Origin: Nanobdellota archaeon
GTDB taxonomy: Archaea; Nanobdellota; Nanobdellia; Pacearchaeales; GW2011-AR1
Length of the DNA: 64,000 nt
Assembly: GCA_018815925.1 (NCBI GenBank)
Contig: JAHIWS010000006.1
Location: 14,286 to 78,285 of the forward strand
Direction: 5' to 3'
Under the pieces are notes generated by a model, which was not told the DNA's origin, searched no databases, and saw only the letters and a program-made list of their open reading frames with translations. The stretch's first letter is position 1, and every line of letters begins with the position of its first letter. The translations under genes were made by a program, and so were the position numbers. Positions 27,580-36,080 of this stretch are shown in pieces.

Positions 27580-28143
27580 ATGGATTTAGAAAAACAAACT
27601 AAAAAAATAATCCTAAATTCAGTTAGATCAAAAGATATTGAAGGAGCCATGGATTATTTAGTTAAGACTTACAAACACAAGGCAGGATGTTTAGCTTATA
27701 GGTTTGTAGGTAATTATGAAACTGCTAGAGAGGTTATTCAAGAATCTTTTATAGAGCTTTTTAAAAATCTTCATAAGTTTAATCCCACCCATAATTTTTA
27801 TACGTGGTTCTATACAATAATAAAAAATAAATCAATTAATTATCTTAGATATAAAAATAGACAAATTTATCAAACTAGACTAGATTACAATTCTTTTAAA
27901 ATACCAGATCCTAACTTAAATCCAGAGGAACTTTTTGTTGAAAAACAAAAACAAGAATTATTAAAAAAAACAATAGATACTCTTCCTGAAAAATATAAAA
28001 CAATATTAATCTCCTCTTTAGAAAATTCTAGTTTAAGAAAAGTATCAGAAACACTTAGCATTCCCAGAGCGACAGTAACGTGGAGGTTTAATAAAGCAAA
28101 AGAAAAATTAAAACCTCTTTTAGCAAATCTTGTTTATTCGTAA
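27580..28143 (+). CDS. ECF-type sigma-70 family protein (regions 2 and 4)
   Basis: Region 2: AYRFVGNYETAREVIQESFIELFKNLHKFNPTHNFYTWFYTIIKNKSINYLRYKNR. Region 4: IDTLPEKYKTILISSLENSSLRKVSETLSIPRATVTWRFNKAKEKLKPLL. Size (187 aa) and motif spacing are typical of ECF sigma factors. Starts 7 nt after the nusA stop. Confidence 0.8.
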   Translation: MDLEKQTKKIILNSVRSKDIEGAMDYLVKTYKHKAGCLAYRFVGNYETAREVIQESFIELFKNLHKFNPTHNFYTWFYTIIKNKSINYLRYKNRQIYQTRLDYNSFKIPDPNLNPEELFVEKQKQELLKKTIDTLPEKYKTILISSLENSSLRKVSETLSIPRATVTWRFNKAKEKLKPLLANLVYS

Positions 28144-28174
28144 CATTTAAAAGCATATATTTCATTTTTTCACT

Positions 28175-29755
28175 ATGAAAAAAAATAGCAAAACACAGGA
28201 TAATGAACAGACAATTCCAGAAATGGAGATTAATAATAAATATTCTGAAAAAAAACAAGTAGTTCCTGAAAATACAGAAAAAATAAAAAAAGATATGGAT
28301 AAAACAAAAAAAGAACTTGAAAAAATAAAAAATTTTATCCTAAAGAAATATCCTTTCACCCAATCTATAAGTATTTTACCACCACAATCAATTCCCCTTT
28401 TTATTGAAGAAGAAGAAGTTCCAAAACAAACAGAAAAATACATTCAGTTATATGTTGTTGTTCCTGAAGAAAAACTTAAACAGATTCCACAAATTAAACA
28501 GGAAATAGTAAAACAATTAGATTCTCTACAAAAAATTTTAAAACAAAAAATATGGGTTCAAATAAAGACCCCTGTGGATATCTGGGAAGTTTGCCTTGAT
28601 TCTAAGTTTGAATTAAGTGCGGCAATTGCGATGTCTTTTCCACTTTATGATAAGGGATTTTTAGGTGCTTTAAGGGTTGCTGAAATTCATAAATCTCTTG
28701 TCTTACAGAAATTTGAAAAATATGTTGTAAGTTATGTTATTGGTGGAAGTCTAGTCAGAGGTGAAGCTGTTAAAACTTCTGATATTGATGTGTTTGTTGT
28801 TATTAATGATACAGATGTTAAAAGAATGCCTAGACTTGAACTTAAAGAAAGGCTTAGAAGTATTATTTACCAATATATTGAACAAGCAGAACAACTCGCT
28901 GGAGTAAAAAATAAACTTTCCCCCCAGATTTATTTATTAACTGATTTTTGGGAATCAGTAAAAGATGCCCATCCTGTTATTTTTACATTTATTAGGGATG
29001 GTATACCTCTTTATGATCGGCATACTTTCATGCCCTGGAAGGCTCTTTTAAAAATGGGTAAACTTAAACCTTCCCCAGAAGCAATTGATATGTTTATGTC
29101 TATGGGGGATCAAACAGTAAAAAGAGCTAAAAGGATGTTATTGGATATTGTGGTGCAAGATATTTTTTATGGAATTAGCACCCCTAGTCAAGCATTGCTG
29201 ATGCTTTATGGACTTCCACCAACAAATGTTAAGGAAACAGTAAAAGAAATGAAGAGAATATTTGTGGATAAAGAAAAAATGCTTGAGAAAAAATACTATG
29301 ATATTCTTGAAGAAATTATGATTAAATATTATAAGGGTTATGAACATGAAAAAATTAAAGAAGTTTCTGGAAAAGAAGTTGATAGACTCTTGAAAAATGT
29401 TGAGAGTTATACAAAAAGATTAAAAGAATTAAGAGGTCAAATTGAAAAAAGAGCTCAAGAAAAAACAATAGAACAAATTTATAAAGATGTTTTTGAACTT
29501 TTAAAATCAATTATTAAAGTTAAAGCACAAAAAGCAGTTATTGAAGAGTTTGAAAAGAGTTTTGTCAAAAGCGGACAATTTACCCCTCAAGATTTAAGAA
29601 TTTTAAAAGATATTGTGAAGGCAAGGGCTGATTTTAAAAAAGGAAAACTAAATGCCCATACTGTCAATGAAGCTAGAAAAAATGCATCAATTCTCATAAA
29701 CAATTTAATTGAATATAATCAAAGATGTGAACTTGCTAACAATAAAAAGGAATAA
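28175..29755 (+). CDS. nucleotidyltransferase-domain protein with helical (HEPN/KNTase_C-like) C-terminal domain and K/E-rich N-terminal extension
   Basis: GGSLVRGEAVKTSDIDVFVVIND (GS...DxD NTase motif). Collinear similarity to the 287-aa ORF at 32312-33175. Confidence 0.6.
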   Translation: MKKNSKTQDNEQTIPEMEINNKYSEKKQVVPENTEKIKKDMDKTKKELEKIKNFILKKYPFTQSISILPPQSIPLFIEEEEVPKQTEKYIQLYVVVPEEKLKQIPQIKQEIVKQLDSLQKILKQKIWVQIKTPVDIWEVCLDSKFELSAAIAMSFPLYDKGFLGALRVAEIHKSLVLQKFEKYVVSYVIGGSLVRGEAVKTSDIDVFVVINDTDVKRMPRLELKERLRSIIYQYIEQAEQLAGVKNKLSPQIYLLTDFWESVKDAHPVIFTFIRDGIPLYDRHTFMPWKALLKMGKLKPSPEAIDMFMSMGDQTVKRAKRMLLDIVVQDIFYGISTPSQALLMLYGLPPTNVKETVKEMKRIFVDKEKMLEKKYYDILEEIMIKYYKGYEHEKIKEVSGKEVDRLLKNVESYTKRLKELRGQIEKRAQEKTIEQIYKDVFELLKSIIKVKAQKAVIEEFEKSFVKSGQFTPQDLRILKDIVKARADFKKGKLNAHTVNEARKNASILINNLIEYNQRCELANNKKE

Positions 29756-29785
29756 ATTTATAAAGCATTTTTCTTGAAACTATTC

Positions 29786-30199
29786 ATGGAACTAAAAGAA
29801 TTAGGAAAAAAAGTTATGGAGATATCCTTGATTTCAACACTAGGATTAGCATCTGCTATTTTGTGTAGGACTCTTCAGTCTTTAAATGAGTTTAGCTTAA
29901 ACAGAATTAATTCAGAAAAAGAACTTCAAATGATTTTAAAAGAAAGAGCAGAAAAAATAGGATTAGATTATTCTAAAATATCAATAAGTTTTAGAAAAAG
30001 GTATGGATCAACAACACGTAATGTTCCAAATGGATACTACATAGAGATTAATAGAGGATGTCCTGTTAAAGATCTTGATCATGAGCTATACCATATTTTT
30101 AAGAAAGATCCTGATAAAAAGCAAAAATCCCTATTAAATTATTTATTAATTGAAGAACCAAGAGCAACTTTGTATGAAACTTTTGGAGTTAAAATATAA
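29786..30199 (+). CDS. hypothetical protein with HExxH motif
   Basis: DLDHELYHIF near the C-terminus. TATA TTTATAAA at 29757-29764 sits 21 nt before the ATG at 29786, which favours this start over the TTG at 29774. Confidence 0.35.
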   Translation: MELKELGKKVMEISLISTLGLASAILCRTLQSLNEFSLNRINSEKELQMILKERAEKIGLDYSKISISFRKRYGSTTRNVPNGYYIEINRGCPVKDLDHELYHIFKKDPDKKQKSLLNYLLIEEPRATLYETFGVKI

Positions 30200-30243
30200 T
30201 CTTTCTAAAAACATTTAAAAAGTCACTTTCTTCTCTATTAATT

Positions 30244-30501
30244 ATGAAGGGCAAAGTTATTCAATTCAGACGAGGAAGACATACTATTAAAGAAAAACAT
30301 TTTTTAATAGAAATTGAAGCATGTAAAACTCGCAAAGATGCTGAAAAATTTGTTGGAAAAGATGTAGAATGGAAATCTCCAGCAGGAAAAATTATCCAAG
30401 GAAAAATATCCGGGGCTCATGGAAATAAAGGTGTTGTAAGGGCTATTTTTGAAAAAGGCTTACCAGGTCAAGCAATCACAACAAATGCGGAAATAAAATG
30501 A
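30244..30501 (+). CDS. rpl35ae: 50S ribosomal protein L35Ae (eL33)
   Basis: MKGKVIQFRRGRHT...FVGKDVEWKSPAGKIIQGKISGAHGNKGVVRAIFEKGLPGQA. Confidence 0.85.
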   Translation: MKGKVIQFRRGRHTIKEKHFLIEIEACKTRKDAEKFVGKDVEWKSPAGKIIQGKISGAHGNKGVVRAIFEKGLPGQAITTNAEIK

Positions 30502-30806
30502 ATATTAAAAAAGGAATTATCTGGGATAAAGAAATGATTGTTGAAGATGACAAAATAAATAAGATGAATGCTAAGAATGAAATGATTATAAAAAAAGGTC
30601 AAAAATTTAATTATGAAAAAGCTAATTTAGATAAGAAGGGTAAGTATGGTATTAGATTAACTAGACACACATTAATATCAAATAAACTAGTGACAGGTGA
30701 TAATATTGAATCAAGAATAATTGAATTAGGTTATTATAATGGTTGTGCAAAAGAAGACTTTGTAATAGAAGGCAAATTTAAATATTTGGATTTGGAGGTA
30801 AAATAA
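30498..30806 (+). CDS. hypothetical protein (102 aa) inside the eL33-uL16 operon
   Basis: 4-nt overlap with the eL33 gene. No recognisable family. Confidence 0.4.
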   Translation: MNIKKGIIWDKEMIVEDDKINKMNAKNEMIIKKGQKFNYEKANLDKKGKYGIRLTRHTLISNKLVTGDNIESRIIELGYYNGCAKEDFVIEGKFKYLDLEVK

Positions 30807-30807
30807 A

Positions 30808-31077
30808 ATGTTAGTAGATAAATTTAGTGAAAAAACCTTTCTTGTTGAATTGAAAAAAGGAGAAGTAAGGTCTAAACATATTGCAGGATTACATGAAACA
30901 TTACCTGAAGGAAAATATGATATATTTATTAATGGCATACCTTATATAAAAGAAATTACCTTAACAAAAGATGATTTAATAGAGAATATAAAAAATAGAA
31001 ATCCAAATAGTTTTCTTATAACTACTGCAGGTTTATATGGAAAGGTTTATAAAAATAAAGAGAGGGTAGCAGCATAA
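30808..31077 (+). CDS. hypothetical protein (89 aa) inside the eL33-uL16 operon
   Basis: Starts 1 nt after the previous stop and ends 1 nt before the uL16 start. Confidence 0.4.
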   Translation: MLVDKFSEKTFLVELKKGEVRSKHIAGLHETLPEGKYDIFINGIPYIKEITLTKDDLIENIKNRNPNSFLITTAGLYGKVYKNKERVAA

Positions 31078-31078
31078 A

Positions 31079-31627
31079 ATGGCATCATTAAGAAAAGCAA
31101 ATGCATATTCAAAAAAGAAAGTTGTTCCTTATACTAGGATTAGTAAGAAAAAAAACAAATCATTTATAAAAACAGTTCCTCAACAAAAAATTGTTAAATT
31201 TAGTATGGGAAAAGAAGATTTATTTACTAATGGAAAACTACCTTATAATTTGACTTTAATATCAACTGAAAAAGTTCAGTTAAGACATAATGCTCTTGAA
31301 GCATGTAGGCAGTATATTAATAAAAAACTAGATAAAGAGTTATCAGGACAATATTTGTTTAGAGTTATCCCCTTTCCACATCATATTCAAAGAGAAAACA
31401 AGATGCTTACTGGTGCAGGTGCTGATAGAATGCAGACAGGAATGCAATTAGCTTTTGGAAAAGCAATGGGAAAAGCTGCAATTTTAAAATCAGAAAGTAA
31501 AATATTCTTTGTTGCTGTTCCAAATCCAAAAGCAGTCTCATTTGCAAGAAAAACTTTAAAACAGATAAAATCAAAACTTCCTTGCAAAACAAAGGTAATA
31601 TACGAAGATAAGAGTAAAAAAAAGTGA
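31079..31627 (+). CDS. rpl10e: 50S ribosomal protein L10e (uL16)
   Basis: RVIPFPHHIQRENKMLTGAGADRMQTGMQLAFGKAMGKAA is the conserved L10e core. Confidence 0.92.
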   Translation: MASLRKANAYSKKKVVPYTRISKKKNKSFIKTVPQQKIVKFSMGKEDLFTNGKLPYNLTLISTEKVQLRHNALEACRQYINKKLDKELSGQYLFRVIPFPHHIQRENKMLTGAGADRMQTGMQLAFGKAMGKAAILKSESKIFFVAVPNPKAVSFARKTLKQIKSKLPCKTKVIYEDKSKKK

Positions 31628-31702
31628 TTATTCTAATTTCTTAAGTAATTATCCACATATAATATATTGAAGTAACTCCTAAGGAGTAACAATATAGAAA
31701 CA

Positions 31703-31710
31703 TTTATAAA
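31703..31710 (+). promoter_or_regulatory. TATA box for the ORF at 31739
   Basis: TTTATAAA 28 nt before the ATG. Preceded by the shared motif AAGGAGTAACAATA (31681-31694). Confidence 0.45.
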
Positions 31711-31738
31711 CCCAAACTACTATAGATTATTAAGAAAA

Positions 31739-32311
31739 ATGGCATTAGAAGATTTAACACGATATGAGAATGCAATCTTAGCTGGTCGTTTTGCAATGTC
31801 AGAACTTGATCAGCAATATGTACCTTCTGCATTAAAAGGCTTAGCTGATTCTCTTGATGAAGATGCAAGAGATTCAACAAATATAGCTTTAGATTTAGGT
31901 GGAGCAGAAAGAATAATTGATCTTTATTCTAGAAAATATAATAAAGTTTTAGAATCAGCAAATATGTCTGATTTATCAAATCACTACTCTCAGATAATTG
32001 AGAATTATTTAGAACCTGCACTTGCAAATAAAGTTAAAGGAGAATTTGGAAGATTCTCTAATAAAACCTATGGAGATATTAATAAGGAATTAAAGAAAGC
32101 AAAACACATTATTAGTGGTGAAGATACTTATGAGTATCCTAAGTCTGAAAAAGAATGGGCTAAACATATTATAGAGGAATATAAAAGTATAAAGACTATT
32201 ATGGCAGTTTTAGAAGCTGATAAAACAGAAAAATTAAGGGCTAAATTCACTGGAAAAGCTCATAAAGACGCCTTAAAAGGTCTTGCAGAAAAATTAAATT
32301 CTAGAGAATAA
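31739..32311 (+). CDS. hypothetical protein (190 aa)
   Basis: ORF with its own TATA box. Predicted helical. No recognisable family. Confidence 0.45.
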   Translation: MALEDLTRYENAILAGRFAMSELDQQYVPSALKGLADSLDEDARDSTNIALDLGGAERIIDLYSRKYNKVLESANMSDLSNHYSQIIENYLEPALANKVKGEFGRFSNKTYGDINKELKKAKHIISGEDTYEYPKSEKEWAKHIIEEYKSIKTIMAVLEADKTEKLRAKFTGKAHKDALKGLAEKLNSRE

Positions 32312-33175
32312 TCACTCCCCAATAAGTTCTTTGACTAATTGAGCCATTACACTTAAAAATTCTTCAGCTCTATCTTGCCAAACGTCTATTTCAACACCTT
32401 TTAAATTTTTTATTTCACCATGGGATATTTTTTTGTGAAGCATTAAAAGATCTCTATACCACACAATATATTTACCTTTTAATTTACCTTGGTTAACAAA
32501 AACTTCTTTAAGGTCAGCAGCAACATGTTCTGGTGAAGCAGGAGGTATGTTTGCTGCTATTAAAGCAGCATGAGCAGAATCAACCATACTCCAATATAAT
32601 CCTTCAATAGAATTTAGTTCTGCTATCTTGCTTCTTACAATGTGCATTGGGGCTCTTTGAAGTGCACTATAAATTGCTTCCGGAGTTGATTTTATTTTTC
32701 CATTAATTAATAAATATTTTAAAGGTTCAAAAAAACCAGCTAAATCAATCATTGCCTCCCCATACCTTAAAATATTTAAGACAACAGGATCTCCCCTGAT
32801 TAAGTCTTCCCACCAGCTACTAAGTTTTATTGTGTTAATATGAAGGCTTTTTTTGTAGGGTGTTGATCTTAAAATCTTATCAAGTTCTTCCCTATACCAA
32901 GCAATTAATTCTTGATCCCATTTAATTGTAACATCATCCAGAATAATCACAACATCAATATCAGAACTAGAAGTTGTTTCTGATTTTACTACAGAACCAA
33001 AAAGCACAACTGATTTAATTATTTTGTTAAATTTTTTATAAGTTTTTGTAGCAAAATCCATTGCAATATCATGGTCTGTTTTAAGTTGTAAACTAGGATA
33101 TTTTTCTAAATCTTCTTTAGATGTTTTTTTAGTTTTTTTTACAACATTCTTTTTAGAAATTTTTTTCTTAGACAT
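32312..33175 (-). CDS. nucleotidyltransferase-domain protein with helical (HEPN/KNTase_C-like) C-terminal domain
   Basis: LFGSVVKSETTSSSDIDVVIILDD NTase motif. Paralog of 28175-29755. Confidence 0.6.
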   Translation of the reverse strand: MSKKKISKKNVVKKTKKTSKEDLEKYPSLQLKTDHDIAMDFATKTYKKFNKIIKSVVLFGSVVKSETTSSSDIDVVIILDDVTIKWDQELIAWYREELDKILRSTPYKKSLHINTIKLSSWWEDLIRGDPVVLNILRYGEAMIDLAGFFEPLKYLLINGKIKSTPEAIYSALQRAPMHIVRSKIAELNSIEGLYWSMVDSAHAALIAANIPPASPEHVAADLKEVFVNQGKLKGKYIVWYRDLLMLHKKISHGEIKNLKGVEIDVWQDRAEEFLSVMAQLVKELIGE

Positions 33176-33528
33176 TTTTATTGATATTTATGAAGTGTTG
33201 AAACAATGTTTACAAATATTAATGATACTAATCCTATGAAAGATAAGCTCATTTGAAATGTATTGAAACATTTTGTATTTACAATATTTATCGCTATGAA
33301 GGCTAATATTAAAAAGTTTAGGAAGTTACTCCACCAACTTAATAATTCCTTATTCATCTTAATTTAAAGACACAATTATCCCATAAAGCAAAACTAACGC
33401 AGCAATTCCTCCAACTATCCATGCTAAATAGTCTAATAGTTTTAAAGTCTTTTTTTCCATATTTAATTCGCCTTCTTTTATATTTTTGTTACGTTTTTCT
33501 AGTTTTTAAATTTACTGAATTAGAGTAG

Positions 33529-35289
33529 TTATTCCATGGGAGTTCCACTCATTCTGCTTCCTTGTGCACCTGGTCTTTGTCCTCCAAGCTCTTTTGGAAG
33601 TTGCATAAAACCAGCTCCAAAAGTTTCATAATTTGTTTGAGGTATCCAAGCCCCTTCAAATCCTCCGACATAACCTTGTTGATATCCTAAAGTTTGATTC
33701 CAATAAGGAGCCATTTCCATTGAATATACAGGAGAACCAAATGCTTCTAATGTAGCCGTAACAGCAGGAGTTTTAAAATGTTGATAAAAACTTATAGCTT
33801 CAACAATTTTTTTAATATCTTTTTCAGGAAGTTTTTGCATCATTTCTTTGATAGGCACATTTCCCATACCCATCGGAAGTTCAGTATGTTCAAAACCAAA
33901 ATTATCAGAAAGATGAATATGTTTAACCAATGGAGCCACTTTTTTTGTTTCTTTAATAATCTCTTTATCATCATATCCAAATTTTTTCATCATATTTATA
34001 TGCCCAACATCCCATGTGACTCCAAGTAATTTTTCTGCTTTTTCTCTTGCAGTTGCTTCAGATAATCCAAAACCTCCCTGATCCTTTGGTTTCATAGCTT
34101 TTTCAACAAATTTTTTTCTAGATTTTTCTATTAGCTCTTTAAGTTCTTTACCTGTAGAAAAAGCTCCTCCTGCAGGAGGATTTTCAACTGAAATTATAGG
34201 TGCTTTATCTTTGAATTTTTTATAAGCGTTAAGGGCCACATTTGAAAAAGTTTCTGTTGTTTTTTCTTGTGCAAAATCATTTAATGGTTTAAATATTTGG
34301 GGAGAAGTTTCAATTTTATTAAATGCTTTGACACCCTCTTTAATTATATCTGCCATTAAGTAAACATTTTCTTTTTGCCTTGGATTTTCTTGTATTTTTT
34401 TTGCATTTTCTTCAATTTTTTCTTTAAATTGTCCTAAAACTTGTTTGTCTGTATGACTTCCATATTTATTTGCTGTTTCAAAAAGATCTTTTAATTGTCT
34501 ATAAGAATCATTTAAAACAGAAACTCCCATATTAAATGAAGATTGTGCTGATTTTTCTTCAGGATATAATTCTTTTCCTGCTTTTTCTTCTGCTTCAGCA
34601 CCCCTTGCTAAAAATCCAGAACGTCTAATAGCTTCTTCACCCATGTCAGCATAATAAGATAAACTTCTAATGCCCTGACTCCATTGTTCTTCATTAATTT
34701 TTGCAATTTCTTTACTAACATTAGCCTCTTCTTCACCAGGAAATGCCCTTGTTTTTATAGGAAGACGATGAAGAGAACCTGTTTCAGAATTAATTATAAA
34801 TGTCTCTTCTGGTTTTTTTCCTTTTTCAGCAATCTCACCTGGAAGCATCGCTGAAGAATGAAGTGTTACTGGAATATTACCTTTTGAACTCATTTCATGT
34901 GCTCTTTCTACAAATTGATTTATTTGTCTTTCAATAGCATTTCTTCCTGATTCACTAAAACCTTGTTGAGTCATTCCAGAGGGTTCTACTACAGGGGCAT
35001 GCACAGTAACATCTACACCTGTTAATTTACTAAGTCTTTTGACCTCTTTTAATTGTTGGTTTGGAATTGATTCAAAAACCTCAGGAGAAATAGAACCTAC
35101 TTCAATTGTTTTTAATCCTTTTGAAATCTGATCACTTAAACTTTGTAAAATGTTTGCTGTCCTGCCATCAGTTGTGGTTCCAAAGTTTCCTGCATTAGTT
35201 CTATAACCTGTAAAAATATCCCCATAGGTAGGACTTAAACTAGAATATCCTCCTTGATAAATATCTTTCACAGTATAATTTTCTGGCAT
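33529..35289 (-). CDS. xylose-isomerase-like TIM-barrel protein with a large internal insertion
   Basis: N-terminal KTIEVGS...VDVTVHAP and C-terminal VTWDVGHIN...VKHIHLSDNFGFEHTELPMGMGNVP resemble sugar-phosphate isomerase/AP-endonuclease-2 barrels. About 250 aa of helical sequence lie in between. Confidence 0.45.
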   Translation of the reverse strand: MPENYTVKDIYQGGYSSLSPTYGDIFTGYRTNAGNFGTTTDGRTANILQSLSDQISKGLKTIEVGSISPEVFESIPNQQLKEVKRLSKLTGVDVTVHAPVVEPSGMTQQGFSESGRNAIERQINQFVERAHEMSSKGNIPVTLHSSAMLPGEIAEKGKKPEETFIINSETGSLHRLPIKTRAFPGEEEANVSKEIAKINEEQWSQGIRSLSYYADMGEEAIRRSGFLARGAEAEEKAGKELYPEEKSAQSSFNMGVSVLNDSYRQLKDLFETANKYGSHTDKQVLGQFKEKIEENAKKIQENPRQKENVYLMADIIKEGVKAFNKIETSPQIFKPLNDFAQEKTTETFSNVALNAYKKFKDKAPIISVENPPAGGAFSTGKELKELIEKSRKKFVEKAMKPKDQGGFGLSEATAREKAEKLLGVTWDVGHINMMKKFGYDDKEIIKETKKVAPLVKHIHLSDNFGFEHTELPMGMGNVPIKEMMQKLPEKDIKKIVEAISFYQHFKTPAVTATLEAFGSPVYSMEMAPYWNQTLGYQQGYVGGFEGAWIPQTNYETFGAGFMQLPKELGGQRPGAQGSRMSGTPME

Positions 35290-35553
35290 TTTTCCACCTT
35301 TTTTTATAAAAGTTATAGGAAAGAATTATTTATATAGTTATTGAATATATTAATTTCAATATCTATACTTAACTTAAATTTACTAGCAACAAGTTGCTTA
35401 ATTGATGACTCATAATAGGCCCTGGCAAATTATATATGAACAACATAATTAAGTGAAAAGCTAGGAGAATCCAGCTTTGAGTCATCAATATCACGAAGTG
35501 CTAATGTTAGAATAAAAGATTTACTTACAGAATAAAATTAAATTGCATTTTAA

Positions 35554-36078
35554 TCAAGGCATGAATTCTTCATACTTTTTTTTATCTTCAAAAGGAAGAT
35601 CTGTCCTTGTTCTTACAGGCTCGATATTAGGAAAATCAAAATTAAATTCATTATCTGTATTAATATTTCTTAAACGTGGGTCTAGAAAATTATGTCTTAG
35701 AATTTTATTAAATGTTTCTCTTGCTTTTAAAACAGGTGGCTCAAATACTTTTTCATAACCCTCCTCATCAGAAGTTCTTCTGGATACTGATGAATATTTT
35801 GGTTCATTTATTATATAATTCATCTTAGTTGGTTTTTCTTCATCTTGTATTTGTGTGGAAAAATTTTCTTCTAAACTAGGTGTTTCTTGAAAAATTTCGT
35901 TTTTTTCTAAAACTGGAGAAATATTTTTATTTTCTCTTTGAATTTGTCCAGAAGATTGCATAAAAGATTGAAACTGATTTTCATCTCTTTGAATATCAGA
36001 ATCTTCTTCATTAATTTCTTCTGATATTTCTTCTAATTCCTCTACTTCCAGTTCTTTTTCTAATTTGTCATTATCCAT
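35554..36078 (-). CDS. hypothetical acidic protein (174 aa)
   Basis: ORF 2 nt downstream of the 487-aa ORF. E/D-rich N-terminus. Confidence 0.45.
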   Translation of the reverse strand: MDNDKLEKELEVEELEEISEEINEEDSDIQRDENQFQSFMQSSGQIQRENKNISPVLEKNEIFQETPSLEENFSTQIQDEEKPTKMNYIINEPKYSSVSRRTSDEEGYEKVFEPPVLKARETFNKILRHNFLDPRLRNINTDNEFNFDFPNIEPVRTRTDLPFEDKKKYEEFMP

Positions 36079-36080
36079 TT

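Noticed and set aside
27580-28143. Sigma-like gene as bacterial contamination or an assembly chimera
   Set aside because: It is 7 nt from nusA on the same strand, flanked on both sides by archaeal-type genes and TATA-type promoters, with matching AT-rich composition. A chimera cannot be fully excluded without read data.
35401-35489. Box C/D sRNA suggested by TGATGA at 35403-35408
   Set aside because: The TGATGA is fully Watson-Crick paired with TCATCA in the inverted repeat, and there is no CTGA box, so a kink-turn cannot form.
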